From: Phycisphaerales bacterium
GTDB lineage: Bacteria > Planctomycetota > Phycisphaerae > WQYP01
Assembly: GCA_027451365.1 (NCBI GenBank)
Contig: DAIDJN010000074.1
Coordinates: 1 to 20,529, forward strand
Direction of reading: 5' to 3'
DNA length: 20,529 nt
Shown piece after piece: positions 1-7,770 of the stretch (within the stretch, counting starts at the first letter, position 1; each line of letters opens with the position of its first letter). The translations under genes were made by a program, and so were the position numbers. Below the pieces are notes generated by a model. That model was not told the origin of the DNA and did no database searches. It saw only the letters and a program-made list of their open reading frames with translations.

Positions 1-109
1 GGGGACCAATCGCGTTTTCTATGCTATCCGCATTCCTGACCATTTTATGGCCCCGTTTGAACCACAATCATCAAACCGCGAACCCGGCACAACCAATTGC
101 TTTGCGCCA

Positions 110-138
110 TTTATACTCCTCCGGCAACGGCAATACAA
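110..138 (-). promoter_or_regulatory. Putative sigma70 promoter reading leftwards out of the window
   Basis: Minus strand reads TTGTAT (138-133), a 17-nt spacer, then TATAAA (115-110). The target gene is not identifiable within the window. Confidence 0.3.
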
Positions 139-272
139 GGCACGAAGACGCCTTATTAGCCACAGAGGGCGCAGAGCACACAGAGACGATGACCACGATG
201 ACGACGAGTTTTACCGCAAAGAAATCGGCGGATTGTGTCACAGGACGACGGGGGGGAGGAACGATTTTCACC

Positions 273-290
273 ATCCCGATGCGTCGGGAT
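273..290. repeat. Short palindromic module ATCCCGAT-GC-GTCGGGAT
   Basis: 7-bp perfect stem (ATCCCGA/TCGGGAT) plus a T-G pair, in a non-coding repeat mosaic. Confidence 0.6.
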
Positions 291-353
291 AAACTTCGCC
301 AACAAGGGAGCGAAGAACGGCGATAGCCACAGAAGTGAATTGGGCCGAGGCGC

Positions 354-418
354 AATAGATCAGGTGAGAGCAGAACAGGAGAACAAATTCGGTTGGGACA
401 AAAGATTGGCTGTCGCCC
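354..418 (+). repeat. Dispersed non-coding repeat, copy 1 (partner at 19736-19807)
   Basis: 372-412 matches 19762-19802 at 35/41 nt by manual alignment. AATAGATCAGGTGA (354-367) matches AATAGAGCAGGTGA (19736-19749) at 13/14. Confidence 0.8.
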
Positions 419-420
419 AA

Positions 421-477
421 TGTGGTACAGGCATTTCCGCCTGGGCTTTAACTACAGACAAGAATGTCCGCGCCACA
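421..477. repeat. REP-like inverted doublet (REPIN/BIME-like)
   Basis: Two inverted ~22-nt arms, GTGGTACAGGCATTTCCGCCTG and the reverse complement of CAGACAAGAATGTCCGCGCCAC. Each starts with GTGG and has its own internal hairpin. All arm-to-arm mismatches are transitions. Confidence 0.6.
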
Positions 478-646
478 CTTAAGATGCCCATGCTAAGGGT
501 GTCGCCGGATGAGGCCTTTCTTTGGCTTCTCTTTTGCCTACCGACAAACTTTCGCCCAACACAATGTTTTTTAGCATTTGACAATCTATTTTGGCTATCG
601 CTGGTAAAATTGGCAGACCGCTGCGCAGTGCGTGGGGCGGCGGCAG

Positions 647-675
647 GTGCCGGATTTGCGCCGCTATGTTAAAAT
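647..675 (+). promoter_or_regulatory. Putative extended -10 promoter for the rbsD/fucU gene
   Basis: TG-T-TAAAAT at 667-675 with GTGCCG 17 nt upstream. A second TG-G-TAAAAT lies at 602-610. A small palindrome ACACA-AAAA-TGTGT (697-710) sits between the promoter and the RBS. Confidence 0.35.
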
Positions 676-738
676 TCCACTCTGGCTTTTTGACCCACAC
701 AAAAATGTGTTGCGTAGAAAACAGGAAGGAATTTTTCA

Positions 739-1182
739 ATGCTTAAAGGTTCACTGCTTCACCCGGAAATTCTAAACGCTCTTGGCCAGGCGGGTCATTC
801 CAGCCGGGTCTTGATTTCCGATGGAAATTTTCCGCATTCCACGCGCTGCGGACCTAACAGTTCATTGGTTTTCCTGAACTTAGCCCCCGGACTGCTTACG
901 GTCACGCAGGTGCTGGACGCATTGGTCAAGGTTATTCCGATTGAGGACGCCGCCGTCATGCTGCCCAACCGGACCGGGCCATACGCCATGAAAAAAGACC
1001 CGCCGATTTTCGACGAATTCAGGCAAATATTTTCGGCAGCGGGAATTGGTGTAAAGCTTCGCGGCCTGGAAAGATTCAAATTTTATGATCAGGCCGCCTC
1101 GCCTGATGTGTGCCTGACCATCGCCACCGGAGAACAGCGCATTTACGCGAATCTGCTGCTGACCATTGGTGTGGTAAACTGA
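739..1182 (+). CDS. RbsD/FucU family sugar mutarotase/pyranase
   Basis: N-terminal MLKG..LHPEILNALGQAGH..VLISDGNFP, and C-terminal LERFKFY..IATGEQRIYANLLLTIGVV, are typical of RbsD/FucU. AGGAAGGA RBS upstream. Confidence 0.9.
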   Translation: MLKGSLLHPEILNALGQAGHSSRVLISDGNFPHSTRCGPNSSLVFLNLAPGLLTVTQVLDALVKVIPIEDAAVMLPNRTGPYAMKKDPPIFDEFRQIFSAAGIGVKLRGLERFKFYDQAASPDVCLTIATGEQRIYANLLLTIGVVN

Positions 1183-1291
1183 CGTGCGGATTTGGTGATT
1201 TTTGCGGCGGACCCGGTTCGGCCGCGTGCTACCGGTTCAGCCGCGAACAGTCGCTTCCATTTGATTGCCGATTTGTGCTGGTTACAGGCTG

Positions 1292-1801
1292 ATGAATATT
1301 GTATTGATTGGGTATCGAGGCTCTGGAAAGTCCACCATTGGTCGGGGCCTGGCGGCGCGGCTCGGGCTCGGCTTTGTGGATACCGACGACCTGGTGGTCA
1401 GCCGGTCCGGCAAAAGCATTCGCGAATTGTTTGAACAGGTGGGGGAAAGCGGCTTTCGCGACCTGGAAACCGCAGCGGTTCAGGAAGCCGCGGCACGCGA
1501 TGATATGGTCATTTCCGCTGGCGGCGGCGCGGTGCTTCGCCGCGAGAACGTGACCATGCTGAAGCGCAACTCCCGCGTGGTGTGGCTTTCGGCCCCGGCC
1601 GAGGTGCTGTTTGCCCGCATACAGGCCGACACGCAAACCGCGGCCACGCGGCCCAATTTAACCGCCCGCGGCGGCCTGGACGAAGTTCGCCGTCTTCTGG
1701 CGCAACGCGCCCCGCTTTACGCGGCCCTGGCGGATGTGGTGGTGGATGTATCGGATATGGATGTGCCCTCTGCGGTTCGCTATTTAAGTGAAATGGTTTG
1801 A
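1292..1801 (+). CDS. aroK: Shikimate kinase
   Basis: NIVLIGYRGSGKST P-loop, FVDTD, GESGFRDLE, SAGGG and TRP motifs, R..LY tail. Start set to the ATG at 1292. Confidence 0.93.
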   Translation: MNIVLIGYRGSGKSTIGRGLAARLGLGFVDTDDLVVSRSGKSIRELFEQVGESGFRDLETAAVQEAAARDDMVISAGGGAVLRRENVTMLKRNSRVVWLSAPAEVLFARIQADTQTAATRPNLTARGGLDEVRRLLAQRAPLYAALADVVVDVSDMDVPSAVRYLSEMV

Positions 1802-1839
1802 CGGTTTAATTCCACCGCAAACCGGATACAGCAGTACCC

Positions 1840-2724
1840 TTACGCCGGCAAGCCGGCATCTTCACGAGCACCGTTGGCCAGACCAGTCCAGTGCAAGTCC
1901 CCCTGACCTTTGGCAGCCTGACTCAGAAGCCGGTTAAACACCATATCCGCCAACGGCATGGGTACGCGGGCACCATCCGCCATTGCGCGCGTAAGGCGCA
2001 TATCTTTCAGGCCCAGCAGCAGTTGAAACCCGGCTGGCAGATGCTGGCGTGAAAGCACGCGTGAACCATAGCGCTGGTAAACCGCACCTCCGAAAAGCTT
2101 TTCGCATAAAAGCCGGTTCATTGCGGTCAAATCAACTCCTTGTTTTTCCGCCACAGTGAACGCTTCGGAAAGCGCCTCGGTGGCGGCGGCAATTAAAAAA
2201 TTTCCGCACAGTTTGACCACATTCGCCGCGGCTGGGTTTTCACCCATATCTTCCACATCGCGTCCCAGCTTTTCCAGCAGTGGCCGCGCCCGGACTTTGG
2301 CTGCGGCGTCGCCGGACACGCAAATCCATAATTGCGCCGCGGCGGTCTGTTCCGGGCCGCCGAACACAGGCGAAGCGACATAAGAAGCCCCGACGGCCTG
2401 GTGCATAGTCGCCATCGCTGTCGCGGTTGCCGGGGCAACGGTGCTCATGGAAATGTGCAGACCGCCTCGCCCAAGGCGCGCCACACATTCCGGCGTAAAG
2501 GACTGTTGTAGAGCCGCATCATCGGCCAGCATCGTGAATACCACACCGCCGGGATGGATCACATCCGCAGCGGAATTGCATACCACAGCACCAGCCAGCC
2601 CGGCCTTGCCCGTTTTATCTTTCGACCGATTGAATACGCGCACGCCAATGCCCGCCTTCAGAAGGTTTTCAACCATGGGCGAGCCCATTCGGCCCAGACC
2701 AATGAATCCAACTTCACGTTCCAT
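1840..2724 (-). CDS. NAD(P)-dependent oxidoreductase, beta-hydroxyacid dehydrogenase (3-hydroxyisobutyrate/6-phosphogluconate DH) family
   Basis: VGFIGLGRMG Rossmann motif, ASPVFGG, catalytic VKLCGN, and GF.L.LGLKD. Start at ATG 2724 with AAGGAG RBS. Confidence 0.9.
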   Translation of the reverse strand: MEREVGFIGLGRMGSPMVENLLKAGIGVRVFNRSKDKTGKAGLAGAVVCNSAADVIHPGGVVFTMLADDAALQQSFTPECVARLGRGGLHISMSTVAPATATAMATMHQAVGASYVASPVFGGPEQTAAAQLWICVSGDAAAKVRARPLLEKLGRDVEDMGENPAAANVVKLCGNFLIAAATEALSEAFTVAEKQGVDLTAMNRLLCEKLFGGAVYQRYGSRVLSRQHLPAGFQLLLGLKDMRLTRAMADGARVPMPLADMVFNRLLSQAAKGQGDLHWTGLANGAREDAGLPA

Positions 2725-2777
2725 GCGGACTCCTTTGTCGCCAGGACGGGACAATTCAAGCCGCCGTACCGCAGCTG

Positions 2778-3443
2778 TTACACAAGTTCAAATTTTGCCG
2801 CCACGGTGAAGCTAAGTGTCACCGCGGGAAACCCGGCGGACTCCACCACCACCGCCTGCGCCCCAGCGTCCACGCCGAGTACCGTCACCAATGCACCAGG
2901 GGCTAGACCATGCCCACGGGCGAACGTTAAAAAGCTGCGGCTCTGATCCAGCACACGAGCAATGCGCACCGATCTGCCCGGTTCACTGGCGACCAGATTA
3001 GGGCGTAACTTTGTCTGGCCCCCGCTAAGTCGGCCTTTGCTGTCAGGAATTGGATCGCCATGCGGGTCTACAACCGGATGATTCAATAAAGCATCCATTT
3101 TCTCAAGCACGCGGTCAGAAATGACATGCTCAAGTTCCTCGGCTTCTTCATGCACGTCGGCCCAATCCATTCCCAGCGCCTGCACCAGAAACAACTCCAC
3201 GATCCGATGTCGCCGCAGAACCAGAATGGCCAACTCCTCTCCCTGACGGGTCAAGCGCACGCCGCCCCGTTTGACATAGCGGGCCAAGCCGGAATGGGCA
3301 ATTGCCTTGATCATGGTCGTCGCGGTTCCGGCCGTTACGCCAACCCGCACCGCCACGCGGCCCAGAGGTACCGAACGGTTGGCGGTCTCCTGCTGTTCCA
3401 GATATAGCTGCTTAAGGTAGTTTTCTATGGTTCTTGAAGCCAT
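2778..3443 (-). CDS. DtxR/MntR family metal-dependent transcriptional regulator with C-terminal FeoA-like domain
   Basis: TIENYLKQLY wHTH start, RRHRIVELFL, VHEEAEELEH and DPHGDPIP metal-binding motifs, SH3/FeoA-like tail. Start at ATG 3443. Confidence 0.93.
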   Translation of the reverse strand: MASRTIENYLKQLYLEQQETANRSVPLGRVAVRVGVTAGTATTMIKAIAHSGLARYVKRGGVRLTRQGEELAILVLRRHRIVELFLVQALGMDWADVHEEAEELEHVISDRVLEKMDALLNHPVVDPHGDPIPDSKGRLSGGQTKLRPNLVASEPGRSVRIARVLDQSRSFLTFARGHGLAPGALVTVLGVDAGAQAVVVESAGFPAVTLSFTVAAKFELV

Positions 3444-3600
3444 ATCCCATACTTTAACCGCACAAAGGAAAAAAGGCCTGCCTGCAAAGTAGAAAAATAA
3501 CGGGCCGGATAAATCCCCCGACTGATGCCCGCGGCACGCCGCGCAATGTCTGCGGAACATGGGCCATGTTCCATCGGTGGTTCCGTCCACTTATTTCAGC

Positions 3601-4269
3601 TTATTGATGGTGTGGCCAGTGGAACTGATGTGTCAACACCAGCCCCGGCGTATAGCGCTGACTGGTCTGGACATGGTAGGCAAAATTCTTCTGGTAGCGG
3701 GCAAACAGTTCCGGCACATCCTGAATAACCAGCAAGTTTTCGGCATTGAAATGGGCGGCGGCATAACTGAAATTAAAGCTGCCGGTGGTAATGGTTTGAC
3801 CATCAATCAGCATTATTTTGTTATGCGCAATCAGATACCGGTCGTCAATGTATGTCGCAATTCCCGCCGAATAAAAGGCCTGCAGGGCCGCACTTATTTT
3901 GCGCTGCCAGTGATGCGTGCGGTAATTTTTCCGCTCCATATGCGAGCGGTCCAGAATGATTGTTACCGCGACGCCACGACGGCTGGCGGCTATCAGCGCG
4001 CGAATCAGCGGCCGACTGGTAAAACTGTAGGCTTGAACTTCAACCGTCTTGCGGGCGCTATCAAGAAGCGAAACGAGCTTGCGGGTGGCACCACCATCCG
4101 GCGAAAAATAGACTTGCATTGACCCGCCGGCACCAACTTGGATGGCCGGTCGCCGGAGATTCGCTTCGCGCAACCCCAACCAGATTCCAGCAAGGAAAGC
4201 GGCGCTCACAAGCAATACAGTGCGGAGGCTCCAGAGCCGGGACGCGGGTTGAACCCTTCGAGCAGACAC
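3601..4269 (-). CDS. Phospholipase D family protein, Nuc-like endonuclease with N-terminal membrane anchor or signal
   Basis: VYFSPDGG, VQAYSFT, a single HKD motif HNKIMLIDG..TGSFNFS..NAEN, and a hydrophobic segment VLLVSAAFLAGIWLG. Probable GTG start at 4269 after a GGAGAA RBS. Confidence 0.88.
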   Translation of the reverse strand: MSARRVQPASRLWSLRTVLLVSAAFLAGIWLGLREANLRRPAIQVGAGGSMQVYFSPDGGATRKLVSLLDSARKTVEVQAYSFTSRPLIRALIAASRRGVAVTIILDRSHMERKNYRTHHWQRKISAALQAFYSAGIATYIDDRYLIAHNKIMLIDGQTITTGSFNFSYAAAHFNAENLLVIQDVPELFARYQKNFAYHVQTSQRYTPGLVLTHQFHWPHHQ

Positions 4270-4300
4270 GTGGTGTTCTCCGCAGATGCGGACAGATGGC

Positions 4301-4588
4301 TTATTTCTTGCCTTTGGGGGCTGGCGCTGCAGCCTTTGCCGCAGTTCCGGCACCGGCTGCCGGAGCCGCACCCGGAGCGGCCACAGTCGCACCGGCTTCA
4401 GCGGCTTTGGGTGCCTTCTTGGCGGCTACGGCCTTGCGGTGACCGACCTTCACAAGTCCGAACACGCTGGATTTTTCCTCGGTCCATTTGTCATTATCTT
4501 CCAGCACGGCCACCCGTTCCGAACGCTTAAGTACGTTGCGGTGGCGCTCCAGTGAACTTTTTCCCTTAAGGCTGATATCCAGCGACAT
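4301..4588 (-). CDS. PVC-superphylum small basic protein with Ala/Pro/Lys-rich C-terminal tail
   Basis: MSLDISLK..SLERHRNVLKRSER..KW....SVFGL.KV matches the Planctomycetes/Verrucomicrobia/Chlamydiae signature small basic protein. GGAGAA RBS upstream. Confidence 0.88.
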   Translation of the reverse strand: MSLDISLKGKSSLERHRNVLKRSERVAVLEDNDKWTEEKSSVFGLVKVGHRKAVAAKKAPKAAEAGATVAAPGAAPAAGAGTAAKAAAPAPKGKK

Positions 4589-4650
4589 TGCGAATTCTCC
4601 GCTTGAGTTCAACAGAGGCCACATTTCGGCCCCAAATAAACAGACCCGGT

Positions 4651-4679
4651 ATCATACTGGTTTCTACCGGCGGTTACAA
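4651..4679 (-). promoter_or_regulatory. Sigma70-type promoter for the small basic protein (and probably PLD) gene
   Basis: Minus strand reads TTGTAA (4679-4674), 17 nt, then TATGAT (4656-4651), about 60 nt upstream of the start codon. Confidence 0.6.
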
Positions 4680-4835
4680 GAACCACTGTGGGTATCGAAA
4701 ATTGTAAATTCTGAATTTCCATGTGCCGCGGTATTCCTGAGCCCCATCGCGAAAACAGCGGAAATAAATGCTGCTGCCACGACAAACCGGGTTCCGGCAT
4801 CACGCCGATTATGATACTGGGCACCGCCGCGGATA

Positions 4836-5405
4836 TCAGACATTCAGGTGCGCGGCCAGCGCCGCAATCAGAGTTTCAGGCTCGCTCATCCGGCCTGCTC
4901 CAATCGTGCGACAGGCCTGCCAGCCGCTCTCCGGCCCTATAAAAGTCATGCCGCGGTCAGCAAGTGTGCGGACATTGGCCTGAGTTGCCGGATTATTCCA
5001 CATGGCTTCATTCATGGCCGGAGCCAGCACAATGCGTTGTGGGCTTGCCGCCACCAGCACAGTGCTTACCAGGTCATCACCTATGCCATGGGACAGCTTG
5101 GCCAGAATATTGGCCGTTGCCGGTGCCACAAGGATAACGGTGGATCGCTGGGCCAGATTGATATGTTGCGGGTCACTTGCTTCGGATATTTCCCACAATT
5201 CACCAATGACCGGTCGGCCCGACAGGGCCTCAAATGTCATTGGCCCAACAAACCGTCTGGCTTCGGCGGTCATCGCGACGCGCACCGCCACGTTGCGCTG
5301 TGAAAAGTAACTCACAACGTGACACACTTTATAGGCGGCTATTCCGCCGCATACGCAGACAAGCAGCGAAACGCCCGGCGCAGAACTTTCAGGTGCCGCG
5401 TTCAT
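4836..5405 (-). CDS. coaC: Phosphopantothenoylcysteine decarboxylase (stand-alone CoaC flavoprotein domain)
   Basis: GGIAAYK, HI.LA, VAPATANILAK, PAMN..MW and the GWQAC..GAGRM substrate clamp. It follows gmk-rpoZ and has no CoaB domain. Confidence 0.88.
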   Translation of the reverse strand: MNAAPESSAPGVSLLVCVCGGIAAYKVCHVVSYFSQRNVAVRVAMTAEARRFVGPMTFEALSGRPVIGELWEISEASDPQHINLAQRSTVILVAPATANILAKLSHGIGDDLVSTVLVAASPQRIVLAPAMNEAMWNNPATQANVRTLADRGMTFIGPESGWQACRTIGAGRMSEPETLIAALAAHLNV

Positions 5406-5472
5406 GATGGCGAATTCCTTATGCGCGGATAACCGATCAGACGGAATAAGAATTCACCGGGCTATGCTCCGG

Positions 5473-5715
5473 TTAATTCTTGCGGCCCAGCGCCTCGTCG
5501 GGCCGGGTGATGTTAGGGGATTTATCGTAGTCGATGCCGACTTTTCCCTGCAGCACTTCGTCAATAACGACTTCTAAATCCGTGCGGCCGCGGCGTTCCA
5601 CCAGCGGGCGGGCGCCGTTCAAAATTTCAACCCAGCGCTTCTGCACTAAAGCGCAAAGTTTAAATCGGCCGCCAAGTTTATGAACAATGTCATCGCTTTT
5701 GATTGCTTCAATCAT
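5473..5715 (-). CDS. rpoZ: RNA polymerase omega subunit
   Basis: 80 aa with GGRFKLCALVQKR..E...GARPLV..V..E...GK, located between gmk and coaC. Confidence 0.88.
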   Translation of the reverse strand: MIEAIKSDDIVHKLGGRFKLCALVQKRWVEILNGARPLVERRGRTDLEVVIDEVLQGKVGIDYDKSPNITRPDEALGRKN

Positions 5716-5742
5716 GGGTTAAAAACTCCTGTCGTTTAGGGT

Positions 5743-6372
5743 TTATGTACGGCCGTTCCGCATTGTATCCAGCCTTCCCTGCTGATACCCTTGCACAAAG
5801 CCGGTCAGCAGGTGAATCGTCGGGACAAGGGCATCATTGACCACCATCAGGCGGTAAGCCCCCGAAGCCTTGGCCGTTCTTATTTCGCGGCGCGCCTCGG
5901 AAATGCGCTTTTCAATGGCTGCCGGATCGTCGCGGCCACGGGATTCCAGCCTTCGCACAAGTTCCCCCGGATTGGGAGGCAATATAAAAATTCCGACGGC
6001 CTGCGGAAACAGGTCAAACACCTGCAAACCGCCCTGGACATCAATTTCCAGTAGCACAATTTTGCCCGCGGCCAAGGCTTTAAGCACGGGCGCTTTCAGC
6101 GTGCCGTACCAAAACCCGAATACATTAGCATACTCAAGAAACTCCTTGCGGGCAATGCGCTTCTTGAAATTCTTCTCATTTACGAAAATATACTTCTTGC
6201 CAAATTTGTCCTGGGGCTTGCCCTGGCGGGTGGTCGCGGAGACCGCAAACTGTGCCGGCAGCACTTTGGCCAATTGCCGGCAAATAGTCGATTTGCCGAC
6301 TCCGGACGGGCCGGATACAAAAAGCAGAAGTCCTGGAGATTTTTGGTGTTTTCGTTTCATATTTTTCACCAC
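5743..6372 (-). CDS. gmk: Guanylate kinase
   Basis: SGPSGVGKST, SATTR, FLEYANVFGFWYGT, LEIDVQG, IFILPP and RL.SRG.D motifs. The start could alternatively be ATG 6360. Confidence 0.95.
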   Translation of the reverse strand: MVKNMKRKHQKSPGLLLFVSGPSGVGKSTICRQLAKVLPAQFAVSATTRQGKPQDKFGKKYIFVNEKNFKKRIARKEFLEYANVFGFWYGTLKAPVLKALAAGKIVLLEIDVQGGLQVFDLFPQAVGIFILPPNPGELVRRLESRGRDDPAAIEKRISEARREIRTAKASGAYRLMVVNDALVPTIHLLTGFVQGYQQGRLDTMRNGRT

Positions 6373-6384
6373 TCGGGCCGCGGT

Positions 6385-7284
6385 CTATTCCACATTCTGA
6401 ATCTGTTCCTTGATCCGGTCAATCGTGCCTTTAATTTGCACGGTAAGCCGGGCAATCTGGCCGTCGCCGCACTTGCTGCCAATCGTATTGGTCTCCCGAA
6501 GCATTTCCTGGGCAATAAAATCCAGCGTGCGGCCAACCTGATTTCCCCCTTCGGCGTGATGGATAAAATGATCCAGATGGCCGCCTAAGCGGTTAATTTC
6601 TTCGCTGATGTCAGCTCGTTCCGCAAAAAGCGCCACTTCCCGTAATAAATCCGAATCCGACAAACTGAGTTTCGCCTCGCCAACCAGTTGCAGCACGCGG
6701 CTGCGCAGTCGTTCATGGTATTGCTTGGCCACCGCGGGTGCCTGTTCGCGAATCTGGTCCAGCGCCGTGCGTATATCCGTCAGATGAAATGTCAGGTCTT
6801 TCCAGAGCGCGGCCCCTTCACGTTCCCGCATCAGCAGCATCTGGGTCATGGCTTCATCAAACAGGCCCAATGCCAGTACCGCATTGCGCTTGGCCGCTTC
6901 GTGTGTTGGCGATGGCATCACACACACGCCCGGAAGATTTAACACGTCCGAAAGGTTAATTGACAACCGGCGTGATTCCGAGTGGTCCGCGTATGCTGCG
7001 GCCAAGTCCAACATGATACGCATGTAATCCCGCGCCGTCGCAATGTTCACCGGAACCGCAGCCAATGAATCCGGTGTCGTCAGCGATACATTGACCATCA
7101 CTGAACCGCGGGAAAGTTTCTCGCGAAGCCGCCGTTCCATTTCAACTTCGGTATCGGCCATGTCGTCGGGCAGGTGGATGGTGGTTTTCAGGAACCGGTT
7201 GTTTACAGATCGTATCTCCACCAGGCAGGAAATATCCGTCTGTTCCGAGGCCGCGCGTCCGTAACCGGTCATACTTTGGATCAT
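6385..7284 (-). CDS. yicC: YicC/YloC family endoribonuclease
   Basis: MIQSMTGYG, EIRSVNNRFL, DISEEINRL..H, GRTLDF..QEM.RETNTIGSK and IKEQIQNVE. Confidence 0.95.
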   Translation of the reverse strand: MIQSMTGYGRAASEQTDISCLVEIRSVNNRFLKTTIHLPDDMADTEVEMERRLREKLSRGSVMVNVSLTTPDSLAAVPVNIATARDYMRIMLDLAAAYADHSESRRLSINLSDVLNLPGVCVMPSPTHEAAKRNAVLALGLFDEAMTQMLLMREREGAALWKDLTFHLTDIRTALDQIREQAPAVAKQYHERLRSRVLQLVGEAKLSLSDSDLLREVALFAERADISEEINRLGGHLDHFIHHAEGGNQVGRTLDFIAQEMLRETNTIGSKCGDGQIARLTVQIKGTIDRIKEQIQNVE

Positions 7285-7334
7285 GGATTTTCCAGAACTA
7301 AATCGAATCTACGCCGCCACCCCGCCGCAGCCGC

Positions 7335-7733
7335 TTACGGGTGAGTGGCCGGGGTGCCACTTGTGGCGGGCACCTTGGCCGGTGTACCGGCTGTTCCCGC
7401 ACCGGTCGTCGCGGGGGTCTTCACCGGCTTGGCAGCCGCTCCGGCACTGACTGGTTTACCCGCCGCGCTGGCGGTTGCCGGTGCGGCGACCAGCGCAGCT
7501 GAACTGCCTTGAACACGCCAGTTCAGCCAGATGGCCAGCGACATGAATACCACAAAAAAGACCACGGTAACCGTCGTGAATACATCGCCGGTTTTTGTAC
7601 CGAACGCCGACCCGCCGCCCCCGGCTCCAAACGCTCCAACGAGGCCGCCGCCGCGGCCGCGCTGCACCAGCACAATCAGAATCAGCAGCAGTGCGATCAG
7701 GGCAAACACAATAGATAAAAGTGTCGTAAACAT
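7335..7733 (-). CDS. secG: Preprotein translocase subunit SecG with Ala/Pro/Thr-rich tail
   Basis: Two TM helices flanking LVQRGRGGGLVGAFGAGGG.SAFG, directly downstream of tpiA. Confidence 0.92.
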   Translation of the reverse strand: MFTTLLSIVFALIALLLILIVLVQRGRGGGLVGAFGAGGGGSAFGTKTGDVFTTVTVVFFVVFMSLAIWLNWRVQGSSAALVAAPATASAAGKPVSAGAAAKPVKTPATTGAGTAGTPAKVPATSGTPATHP

Positions 7734-7770
7734 GAAGTTTTCCTTATTTCCTCGCCAGTTCCGGCGTCAA

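Noticed and set aside
134..480. CRISPR array
   Set aside because: There are no identical 25-40 bp repeats with regular unique spacers and no cas genes. The modules differ from one another.
646..675. dif-like string GGTGCCGGATTTGCGCCGCTATGTTAAAAT
   Set aside because: TATGTTAAA resembles the XerD arm, but the XerC arm lacks the inner ATAA and the spacing is off. It is better explained as an extended -10 promoter.
21..739. ORFs 21-326, 47-292, 71-355, 235-672, 360-584 and 479-739
   Set aside because: They have no recognisable motifs and run through non-coding repeat modules and promoter-like DNA.
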